Below, one piece after another: positions 10,817 through 20,408 of a stretch of 64,000 bases of DNA. The notes under the pieces are model-generated. The model was not told the origin of the DNA and made no database searches. It worked only from the letters and a program-made list of their open reading frames with translations. The position numbers and the translations under genes were made by a program. The stretch spans positions 1,952,001 to 2,016,000 of the forward strand of contig OY762964.1 in the NCBI GenBank assembly GCA_963667035.1, in the 5' to 3' direction. Source of the stretch: Candidatus Cloacimonadales bacterium. Lineage in GTDB: Bacteria > Cloacimonadota > Cloacimonadia > Cloacimonadales > JAFGVF01. Numbering within the stretch: position 1 is the stretch's first letter; each line of letters starts with the position of its first letter.

Positions 10817-11278
10817 CTATTCGTATTTATTTAGAATGCCGGCAATACTATCTGCTGTTAGCTTACCATGAGTGTTGTCATCAACCATGACTACCGGTGC
10901 AAGACTGCAACAACCTAGACAGGCAACTTCCATTAATGTAAAGCGACCGTCCTCAGTTGTATCTTCCATATCCGAAAGCTTAAGTTGATTCCTGATTGCT
11001 TTATATAGAGCTGTTGCACCCGACACATGACATGCAGTACCTTTACATACTCTGATTATGTGTCTGCCTTGTGGTCTGAGTCTGAACATTGAATAGAATG
11101 TTGCCACACCATACATCTCTGCGATTCTAATTCCGGATTTGTCCGAAACATACCTCATTGTTTCCTTACTTAAGTAACCTTCCAGTTCCTGTACTTCTTG
11201 TAACAGCGGGATGGTTACGCCCTTTCTACCTTCAAACTTCTTCAAAATTGCATCGATTTTTTCAGTGTTATTGAGCAT
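10817..11278 (-). CDS. NuoE/HydC-like 2Fe-2S subunit (StnA type)
   Basis: GVATFYSMF, VCKGTACHV, ACLGCCSLAP. Confidence 0.92.
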   Translation of the reverse strand: MLNNTEKIDAILKKFEGRKGVTIPLLQEVQELEGYLSKETMRYVSDKSGIRIAEMYGVATFYSMFRLRPQGRHIIRVCKGTACHVSGATALYKAIRNQLKLSDMEDTTEDGRFTLMEVACLGCCSLAPVVMVDDNTHGKLTADSIAGILNKYE

Positions 11279-11346
11279 TTGGCCATACCTTAATCATATT
11301 TTTGTATAGTTTAAGAATTGGGTTGTATTATGAATTTGATGTCAAT

Positions 11347-11379
11347 AAAAAAAAGGCAGGCAAACAATGTTTACCTGCC
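11347..11379 (-). terminator. Intrinsic terminator of gdhA
   Basis: GGCAGG-TAAACA/TGTTTG-CCTGCC hairpin followed by T8 on the minus strand. Confidence 0.75.
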
Positions 11380-11390
11380 AAATCATCAAT

Positions 11391-12794
<1,404 letters not shown>

Positions 12795-13023
12795 TTATGC
12801 ATCTTCGACAAACTTTTATTCACCTGTAAACTAATGGGATATAACAGGTTATATTTTATAAAAAACTTTTCTCTTGCCATGTTATGCTGACTTATTTTTT
12901 TAGCAGATTTATTTATTGAGCTTATCACACTCTAGTGTTGGGATTTTTCTATGTTTTTACTACTATTTTTCCGATGAATCCGGTGGTTTTGCGGAACAAT
13001 TCTTGGGTTAATATTAATAATAT

Positions 13024-13631
13024 TGTTCCGAATTTAACTCAGATTATTCAACCACGTTGTGGTTGTTTTGTTTATGGTGTTCATATACCCCGAATTACAT
13101 TCGGGGCTACTCAGATGTAACCACTTCGTGGTTGCAATACATATGGATTAGGAGAGTTGCAATATATGTAGTGCAAGTCCCCCCACTTGCACATAGCTCA
13201 AAGAGCTATTCATAGATAGCGTCTTTTTTAGTTACCAATACTACGCGACTTAGTTTACCATTTATCTTAAAAATCTATTCATCCACTTCTAATCCCAACG
13301 GGATTAAATATGAGTAGCCATGCATGAAATGCATGGTTACTAGCCTAAAAGTGTCGACCCCAAAGTGGGTCGAATATCTACAGTATTATCAAAGCTAGCG
13401 TCTATAAAAGTTTACTAGTACAACGTAAAGCGATTAGACCATGTTCCGATTAAAACTAAGATTATTCAACCACGTTGTGGTTGTTTTATTTATGGTGTCC
13501 CTAAACCCGAATTGCATTCGGGGCTATTCAGAGGTAATCCCATTCGGGATTGCAATACATGTGGTACAGGAGAGTTACAATGTATGTAGTGCAAGTGCCT
13601 CACTTGCACATAGCGATTAGACCATGTTCCG
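13024..13631. repeat. Cluster of three-hairpin REP/REPIN-like elements (forward, inverted, forward)
   Basis: ~170-bp similar copies at ~13024-13197 and ~13442-13614; inverted structural homolog at 13291-13377; 20-bp direct repeats at 13429-13448 and 13612-13631. Confidence 0.8.
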
Positions 13632-13839
13632 CTTGGAGTCGAACTCCCACCGGTCGTTTGGACTCGAGCTAAAGACTGTAAACATCCTTTTATATATACT
13701 AGTTCCCCCCTTTTTTACATTTTGCATCTTTCATTTTGCTTTTTCTCCTAACTCATATTCCTCTCTCTACTCTCAGCAGTAACAATTGCTTTAAAATCAA
13801 TTTTAACTTATTAATAAATTAGCCACTTCTTGGTAATTA

Positions 13840-13894
13840 ACCCAAGGATTACCCAAGTGTTTCACAAGGGTTTCACAAGTGTCTCACAGGAATT
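13840..13894. repeat. Five tandem imperfect 11-bp units
   Basis: acccaaggatt acccaagtgtt tcacaagggtt tcacaagtgtc tcacaggaatt. Confidence 0.75.
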
Positions 13895-14026
13895 ACTGCC
13901 GGGAGATGAGAGAGAAATGAGGTTGATTAGCTTGATTTAATAGCTTTTAGGACAAAAGTTAAAAAGTTGCTTGACCTAAATACAATTTACTTATACTCAA
14001 ACATTAAAAATGAAGAGGAGCATTTT

Positions 14027-17000
14027 ATGATAGAGAAAATGAATAGAGAAACCAAAGTTCGTTTCGGGTTATTCCTCAATTATGCAGAGCATAACATTGT
14101 TATTGTACTGCAATTCATACATGATATATTACTCAAACAGTGGAAGAAGTGTATTGATGTAGATAGTTCAAAACCGTTTGAATCTGACTTGCTACAACGC
14201 TTAGAGTACACTGACTTCCAGCAAATGGAACAAACGCTAAGTCTCATTAACAAACACTTTCCTTTTCTGGGAAAAATGATAGATTCTAACAAATTAGACA
14301 ATCTGAGCTTAGAAGGAAAAGCTAAGCGAGCTTCAGAAAATCTTATCTTATTGCTTAAAGCAGTACATGAGTTGAGAAATCAATGTAGTCATGAGTCGTA
14401 TGATTTAACAGGAGAAGAAACCCTCTTATCAAAAGATGATATAGAAACTATCCGTTACAGACTAAACAGGGTATTTGATGCATCGGTGGATGAGGCAAAG
14501 AGACGATTCTTTGCTCCGGATAAAACTGATGATGAGATAGAAAAAGACCTTAACCATCTAAGAAGATATATTTCCGTAAACAAGAAACGAGAAGATAATC
14601 CTGCTTTCAAATACAGGATTGTTGAAAACGAAGAGCTAACAATTAATGGAATTGCTTATATAACTTCCCTATTTTTAGAAAAAAGAGAAGCATATCTATT
14701 GCTTAACAGTCTTTCCGGGTTTAAAGAAAACAGAACTGATTGGTCCAGGTTAACAAAAGAGTGTTACACAGTTTATAGGATGCAACTTCCTCGTTCACAA
14801 GTAACCTCAAACTATGGGAAAGAGGGTTTGTTACTTGAAATGGTCAGTGAATTAATAAAATGCCCCCATGAGATATTCAAGCATCTTTCTGAGGAAGAGA
14901 GGAATAGGTTTGAGCCAAATCTCCAAAATGATGCTAGTGATTCAGAAGATGAGAATGAAAATGTTCTTAAAAGATACAATGACCGCTTTACTTATCTTGC
15001 CCTTAGATATATTGATGATAATAATCTGTTTGAGAACATTAGGTTCCAGATAGATTTGGGACGGTACTATAAAGAAAGCTACGATAAAACAACAATCAGT
15101 GGTGAGAGAGTGAATCGCAACTTGACCAAAAGGCTCACAACCTTCGGTAGATTGAAAGAAGTAAAGGATATAGTAGTTAAAGATTGGAATGATATAACCA
15201 AATCCACTACCGATAATCCTGTTCCACCATATAGAACAGATACTGTTCCTCACTATCATATAGTTAACAATCAGATTGCATTAAAGATAAATGAAACCGG
15301 TTTACCAAATCTTAGTGAATCAATAAAGCTATCTACACCTGATGCTTGGATTAGTGCTTATGACTTACCCGGGCTTATCTATATTGGTATTATCTCTAAT
15401 GATTTTAAAAGTCTCGAGAATAAAATCATTGGATATATAAAACAAACCTGGAAGAAGTTTGCTTCTGTGGCAGATGGAGAGAAGGACTTAGATGATATAT
15501 CATTACCACTGAAACATACACTCAAAGCTTTAAATAATAACAATGAGATTCTTTTTAGAAAGAAGAAACATGCTCAGATATTTGAAGAAACTGAGAATCT
15601 GCTAAAGAGCTATGACAATAGGGTAGAGAAATTACAAGATAGAAAAACAAAGCCTAAAGATAAAAAGAAGTATCAGATAAGGGCAGGTATTCTTGCGGAT
15701 TATTTGGCTAAGGATATGGTTAAGATGCAACCCTATTCACCTGAAAAGCAAGGAAAAGACAAGATTACTTCGATTAACTTCCGTTCCTTACAATCTAATC
15801 TTGCTTTCTTTGGGAGTAGCAAAGATAGCCTTAAGGAAGTCTTCCAAAGAGCAGGTCTCATCGCAAGAGTAAATCAGCACCCTTTCCTCTCAAAGATAAA
15901 CCCTTCCGACTACTCGGCAATCGGTCCATTTTATAAGAAATATCTGCTTTCAAAAATTGAGTTCTTGGAGAAATGTCAGAGGAATGATGACTATTCTCAT
16001 GTTACTTTTAAACCGACAAGAAACAAGTATTCCGACTCCAGAGGTTCTATAAAAGAAGTAGCTGAAAGACTGAGTCATTCTCCAGTAAATATCAACTCTG
16101 AGTTCTTTCTTAATCTTCTGAAGCAAGAGCTTCCTTCAATTACTAACGAAAGAATGAATCTGTCTTGGCTGATTAAAAAACATTATAACAAACAAGGATT
16201 CGAGCTTCAAGATATATATTCTAAGCCCAAGAGTTATGAACTTCATAAGAAAGTGGGGAACTATATTTCAAAGAATAAAGGGATAAGAAGACAACTAGAA
16301 GAAATATCTAATTGTAATAACTGTTTTGAAGCTCGCAAACTTGTTAAAGCATTGCCTGAACTTGAGTATAATCCTCCAACTTTAAAGCAAACACTCCTTA
16401 AACTTTGTCAGGACTTCAACAAGAATGAGAAATTAATCCGTTTTAGAGAGTTACAGGATATTGTGATGATTACAATGGTGAATGAGCTGATAAAAGAGAT
16501 TATGACTAATCCGGAAGATGAATTTAAACCTATTCGACTTGAAAGCTTAACTCCGGAGAATACGGATCCTCTTAACAACCCTATTGACACAACTCTTAGC
16601 ATTTGTCTTGAAGAAGTTAAGAAAAAAAAGAAAGATAAGGCTAATTATGTTATCAAACAGTTTGAGATAAAGAATGTTAAGATTAAGAACCTTGGTAAGT
16701 ATAAGCGTTATCAACATGATAAAAGATTAATCGGATTAACCTCTTGGATGGGACAGGAACCCTATAACTTCGATACTGTTATTAAAGAGCTAGAGGACTT
16801 TGATAGATACAAAATAGAGATTGCACTTAAGCTAAACGAGTTTGAAAAGGAGATGTTGAAAAAATACGATGGTTTTAAGGCTACAAAAGGGAATGGGTGC
16901 AGATTCGTAGGATTTAAGGAGTATACTGATAAATATAAGAAAGAGTTTGATAAAGAGAATGCGGAGCTGTTAAAAGATATCCGAAATAGAATTTATCATA

Positions 17001-17128
17001 ATGCTTTTCCTAATAAAACAATTCTTAATAATCTGACTATACATAATGAAATAGCTATGGAAATTAAGGATTTTGTGATAGATTTAGTGGATAAAATGCT
17101 CAAAAAACTCAAGGAAAAGGAGGAATAA
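14027..17128 (+). CDS. cas13b: Type VI-B CRISPR RNA-guided ribonuclease, Cas13b-like (~1033 aa)
   Basis: Two terminal HEPN RxxxxH motifs (RNQCSH nt 14375-14392; RNRIYH nt 16982-16999). Cas13b-like blocks LEMVSELIKCP, DRFTYLALRYIDD..FENIRFQIDLG, GILADYLAKDMVKMQP, KITSINFRSLQ, HPFL. Adjacent 36-nt repeat array. ATG 14027 is preceded by GAGGAG (the ORF track starts at TTG 13967). Confidence 0.9.
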   Translation: MIEKMNRETKVRFGLFLNYAEHNIVIVLQFIHDILLKQWKKCIDVDSSKPFESDLLQRLEYTDFQQMEQTLSLINKHFPFLGKMIDSNKLDNLSLEGKAKRASENLILLLKAVHELRNQCSHESYDLTGEETLLSKDDIETIRYRLNRVFDASVDEAKRRFFAPDKTDDEIEKDLNHLRRYISVNKKREDNPAFKYRIVENEELTINGIAYITSLFLEKREAYLLLNSLSGFKENRTDWSRLTKECYTVYRMQLPRSQVTSNYGKEGLLLEMVSELIKCPHEIFKHLSEEERNRFEPNLQNDASDSEDENENVLKRYNDRFTYLALRYIDDNNLFENIRFQIDLGRYYKESYDKTTISGERVNRNLTKRLTTFGRLKEVKDIVVKDWNDITKSTTDNPVPPYRTDTVPHYHIVNNQIALKINETGLPNLSESIKLSTPDAWISAYDLPGLIYIGIISNDFKSLENKIIGYIKQTWKKFASVADGEKDLDDISLPLKHTLKALNNNNEILFRKKKHAQIFEETENLLKSYDNRVEKLQDRKTKPKDKKKYQIRAGILADYLAKDMVKMQPYSPEKQGKDKITSINFRSLQSNLAFFGSSKDSLKEVFQRAGLIARVNQHPFLSKINPSDYSAIGPFYKKYLLSKIEFLEKCQRNDDYSHVTFKPTRNKYSDSRGSIKEVAERLSHSPVNINSEFFLNLLKQELPSITNERMNLSWLIKKHYNKQGFELQDIYSKPKSYELHKKVGNYISKNKGIRRQLEEISNCNNCFEARKLVKALPELEYNPPTLKQTLLKLCQDFNKNEKLIRFRELQDIVMITMVNELIKEIMTNPEDEFKPIRLESLTPENTDPLNNPIDTTLSICLEEVKKKKKDKANYVIKQFEIKNVKIKNLGKYKRYQHDKRLIGLTSWMGQEPYNFDTVIKELEDFDRYKIEIALKLNEFEKEMLKKYDGFKATKGNGCRFVGFKEYTDKYKKEFDKENAELLKDIRNRIYHNAFPNKTILNNLTIHNEIAMEIKDFVIDLVDKMLKKLKEKEE

Positions 17129-17202
17129 TATGCAAAATGAAGTGAAGTATTCATGGTTTTGCATCTCTAATCCCATGTGTTTTATAGCTTTACAAAAAGC
17201 CT

Positions 17203-17571
17203 GTTACAGTACCCTCTGTTTTGGAGTCGGAGTGTAACTACTACCTGCATCAAACCACCCAATAAGTGTGTTACAGTACCCTCTGTTTTGGAGTCGGAGT
17301 GTAACACCGTTACTGATGAAGAGGATACAATCGTTGTTACAGTACCCTCTGTTTTGGAGTCGGAGTGTAACGGAACTGATCCCTTTATAAGATACAAAGT
17401 TGGTTACAGTGCCCTCTGTTTTGGAGTCGGAGTGTAACGGCAATATTCAACGAAGCTAGCAACTTCTAAGTTACAGTGCCCTCTGTTTTGGAGTCGGAAT
17501 GTAACTACTTGGACCGCAAGCATCCTTGCTTGCATATTACATTGCTCTCTACTATTGAATCGGATTATAGC
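17203..17571 (+). CRISPR. CRISPR array: 5 intact repeats, 1 degenerate repeat, 5 spacers
   Basis: Repeat GTTACAGTACCCTCTGTTTTGGAGTCGGAGTGTAAC (36 nt) at 17203, 17270, 17336, 17403 (1 mismatch), 17470 (2 mismatches); degenerate copy at 17536-17571; unique spacers of 31, 30, 31, 31, 30 nt. Strand is inferred. Confidence 0.97.
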
Positions 17572-17773
17572 ATTATCAATATGACACAGACTATTAGCAT
17601 ACTCCGAAGTGGGAGTTTAGGAGGATGCAATTATTGACAGGGATTATCGGACATAGTCACTCTTGATAGGCAGAAATTAATACTATTTTTACTTGACATC
17701 TGACAGAACAAGATTGCATTTATTCGTGCAGGCTCAATTTGAGTGAAAAAGAAAAAAGTAGGTAATTTATTCG

Positions 17774-18916
17774 ATGAGAATCCCATTTAATATTCCATTT
17801 TTAACCGGAAAAGAGAGTGAATACATTCAAGAAGCATTGAATAGTAAAAGGCATTGCGGAAATCACGCTTTTGCTAGAAGAGTAATCTCTCACATGCAAG
17901 CACAACACGGACTTGGAGAGGTCTTCCTCACACCATCCGGAACTGCCGCTTTAGAGATGGGAGCATTGCTAGCCGATATTAAAGAAGGAGACGAGGTGAT
18001 TGTCCCCTCTTATACATTCAGCTCCACAGCTAATGCAATAGTGCTTAGAAATGCTACTCCGGTATTTTGCGAAATAAATCCCAAAACAATGAATATAGAT
18101 GTTGATAGAATTGAGGAGTTGATAACTCCCAGAACTAAGCTGATAGTTCCGATAGATTATGCAGGTATACCTTGCGAGATAGATAGAGTTATGGAAATTG
18201 CCAAGAAACATAATCTTTTGGTGATGCATGACACCGCTCAATCATACGGTTCTTTCTATAAAGGCAAAGCCACCGGTAGTTGGGCTGACTTTGCGACGTT
18301 CAGTTTTCATGAAACAAAGAACATTACTTGCGGTGAAGGCGGAGCTTTAGTTATCAATAATCCTAAATTCGTGCAAAGAGCTCATTTCTTACAAGAGAAA
18401 GGAACAGACAGATCACTGGTATTAAGCGGTGTAAAAAGTAAATATCATTGGGTTGATTTAGGCTCAAGTTTCTTATTGGCAGACATCTTATCCGCTCAGC
18501 TCTATGCTCAAATGGAAGCGGAAAACGCTATCTTTGCAAAAAGAAAGACTGTGTTTGATGCTTACAGTAAACTATATGAACCTTACGAATTGAAAGGCTA
18601 CATCTCTATTCCTCATCTTAACGATGATATGGCTATTAACTACCATGCCTTCTGGGTTATATTTGATAAACCGCAATCCAGAGATAAGTTCATAGAGTTA
18701 CTAAAACAAGATGAAGTTTATGCTTATATTGGCTACATGCCGTTACACTCAGCCCCAATGGGTCAAAGATACGGTTATACCAAAGAGAGTTTGCCTATCA
18801 CGGAAGATATTGCTACCAGATTAGTGAGACTACCACTATATGCGGATATGGCTGATGAAGAATTGGATTACTGTCTGAGTGCTATGCAAAAGGTGATTGA
18901 GAAGCTTTATGATTAA
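17774..18916 (+). CDS. wecE: dTDP-4-amino-4,6-dideoxygalactose transaminase-like (DegT/DnrJ/EryC1/StrS family)
   Basis: TPSGTAALEM, PSYTFSSTANA, FSFHETKNITCGEGGAL, EKGTDRS, WVDLGSS. Confidence 0.88.
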   Translation: MRIPFNIPFLTGKESEYIQEALNSKRHCGNHAFARRVISHMQAQHGLGEVFLTPSGTAALEMGALLADIKEGDEVIVPSYTFSSTANAIVLRNATPVFCEINPKTMNIDVDRIEELITPRTKLIVPIDYAGIPCEIDRVMEIAKKHNLLVMHDTAQSYGSFYKGKATGSWADFATFSFHETKNITCGEGGALVINNPKFVQRAHFLQEKGTDRSLVLSGVKSKYHWVDLGSSFLLADILSAQLYAQMEAENAIFAKRKTVFDAYSKLYEPYELKGYISIPHLNDDMAINYHAFWVIFDKPQSRDKFIELLKQDEVYAYIGYMPLHSAPMGQRYGYTKESLPITEDIATRLVRLPLYADMADEELDYCLSAMQKVIEKLYD

Positions 18917-20402
18917 TATTGATAACCTTAGAAAAGAGCTGAAATCCATTCTCTTTTATGAGGATAACGATATAAATCTTGATTTACTGATTTCCGCCCA
19001 GATTGAGAACTCACCCGTTTCATCGGTATCAGAGTTGAAAACATGGCTCAGGAATCTTAATAGTAAGCAACTGTTTGACGTAAAGCAGGTTCCGCTTACC
19101 GAGATGAAACAATGGATTTGGGATAAAGAAATCGGAGAGATTAAACATAAATCCGGCGGGTTCTTCAGAATTAGAGGTTTACACCTTGATTCGCAATACA
19201 AAGAAGAAAGAAGCTGGGATCAACCGATTATATTCCAACCCGAGATTGGTATACTCGGATTTATCGTTAAGAAAATCAATGGTATTCTTCACTTCCTGAT
19301 TCAAGCAAAGGCGGAACCGGGGAATATCAACACCTTTCAACTTTCCCCTACCGTACAGGCAACAAGAAGTAATTTTCTCAGATTGCACGGAGGAAAGAAA
19401 ACAACTTTTCTGGAATACTTTAACGGGGATAAAAAAGCTCGAGTTATCCTGGACAGATTTCAAAGTGAACAAGGTACCAGATTCTATAATAAAAGAAATC
19501 GTAATATAGTTGTTCTGGTTGATGAAAACGAGCAAATTGATCCGGGAGATAACTTCAGATGGATGAGCCTCGGACAAATCATCCATTTTAACCAATTCGA
19601 TAATCATGTTAATATGGATACAAGAAGTATTATCTCATGCTTGAATCTGCTACCTGAGAAACCGGTATCTCTGAACCGAGTTGACCGTGAGAATCTTAGA
19701 GATTGCTTGAATAGCAACGGTTTTGAAGATGAGATTTCGGAATATGCTTTAAACAATATTGTTTCAGCACATCCCAACACAACAACACTTAAATCAATTA
19801 ATCAACATATAAGTAATTTTACTAACGAACGTTATAAATGTATTATAAACAAATCCTTTATACCTTTGCAGGATATGAAGGAATGGAAGACATCCGATTA
19901 CTCGATTAAGCGTCCCGATAATAGATTCTATGAGATTATGGGAGTGGAAGTTGAAGCAAGTCATAGAGAGGTTGTCCGGTGGGATCAACCGATAGTTAAG
20001 CAAAGTAATCATGGTGTTATTGCCTTACTTTCAACTATGATTAATGGTACTTGCTATTATCTTGTACAGTTTAAGATGGAGTGTGGACTCATCGATAATA
20101 TGGAGATGGCTCCTACTATTCAGTGTATTCCTACTAACTACCGGAATCCTGAGTCTATTCCTTTTATGAACTATGTGAATAGCGATAATTCAATCCTTAG
20201 CGATGCTATGCAGAGTGAAGAAGGTGGACGATTCTTCAGAGAAGAGAATAGAAACATGATTATTAATGTAAACAATTTACCTGAATTCGATGAGTCGGTG
20301 TTCGCTTTGATGTCTTTGGCACAGCTCAAACATTTCTCGCTGTTTGCTTCGACTTTGAATATAGAACTGAGAAGTGTGATTTCAACAATTAAATGGAGGT
20401 AA
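18909..20402 (+). CDS. NDP-hexose 2,3-dehydratase (EvaA/OleV/EryBVI family)
   Basis: Duplicated domain; WDQPII twice, QPEIGILG, QAKAEPGN, QLSPTVQATRSN, QSEQG..F, QSEEGGRF; ATG 18909 overlaps the upstream gene end. Confidence 0.9.
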   Translation: MINIDNLRKELKSILFYEDNDINLDLLISAQIENSPVSSVSELKTWLRNLNSKQLFDVKQVPLTEMKQWIWDKEIGEIKHKSGGFFRIRGLHLDSQYKEERSWDQPIIFQPEIGILGFIVKKINGILHFLIQAKAEPGNINTFQLSPTVQATRSNFLRLHGGKKTTFLEYFNGDKKARVILDRFQSEQGTRFYNKRNRNIVVLVDENEQIDPGDNFRWMSLGQIIHFNQFDNHVNMDTRSIISCLNLLPEKPVSLNRVDRENLRDCLNSNGFEDEISEYALNNIVSAHPNTTTLKSINQHISNFTNERYKCIINKSFIPLQDMKEWKTSDYSIKRPDNRFYEIMGVEVEASHREVVRWDQPIVKQSNHGVIALLSTMINGTCYYLVQFKMECGLIDNMEMAPTIQCIPTNYRNPESIPFMNYVNSDNSILSDAMQSEEGGRFFREENRNMIINVNNLPEFDESVFALMSLAQLKHFSLFASTLNIELRSVISTIKWR

Positions 20403-20408
20403 CCCTTT

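Noticed and set aside
5697..11278. [FeFe]-hydrogenase HydABC, complex I or formate dehydrogenase
   Set aside because: No H-cluster motifs, no membrane Nuo subunits, degenerate molybdopterin region; a GltD-like domain is present instead
13024..13631. Second CRISPR array
   Set aside because: Units are long, multi-hairpin and alternate in orientation, with no regular repeat-spacer period
13631..13669. TTGGAGTCG matching part of the CRISPR repeat, as a possible tracr/anti-repeat
   Set aside because: Only 9 nt, same orientation as the repeat, part of its own local hairpin; Cas13b uses no tracrRNA
13967..14026. TTG start giving a 1053-aa Cas13
   Set aside because: No SD before the TTG; a good GAGGAG precedes ATG 14027
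17177..17443. Short ORFs (71-86 aa) over the CRISPR array
   Set aside because: Their periodic peptides are translations of the repeats
17515..17533. Hairpin GCAAGCA/TGCTTGC in spacer 5, as a possible array terminator
   Set aside because: No U-tract, and a degenerate repeat follows at exact spacer distance, so it is treated as an old spacer
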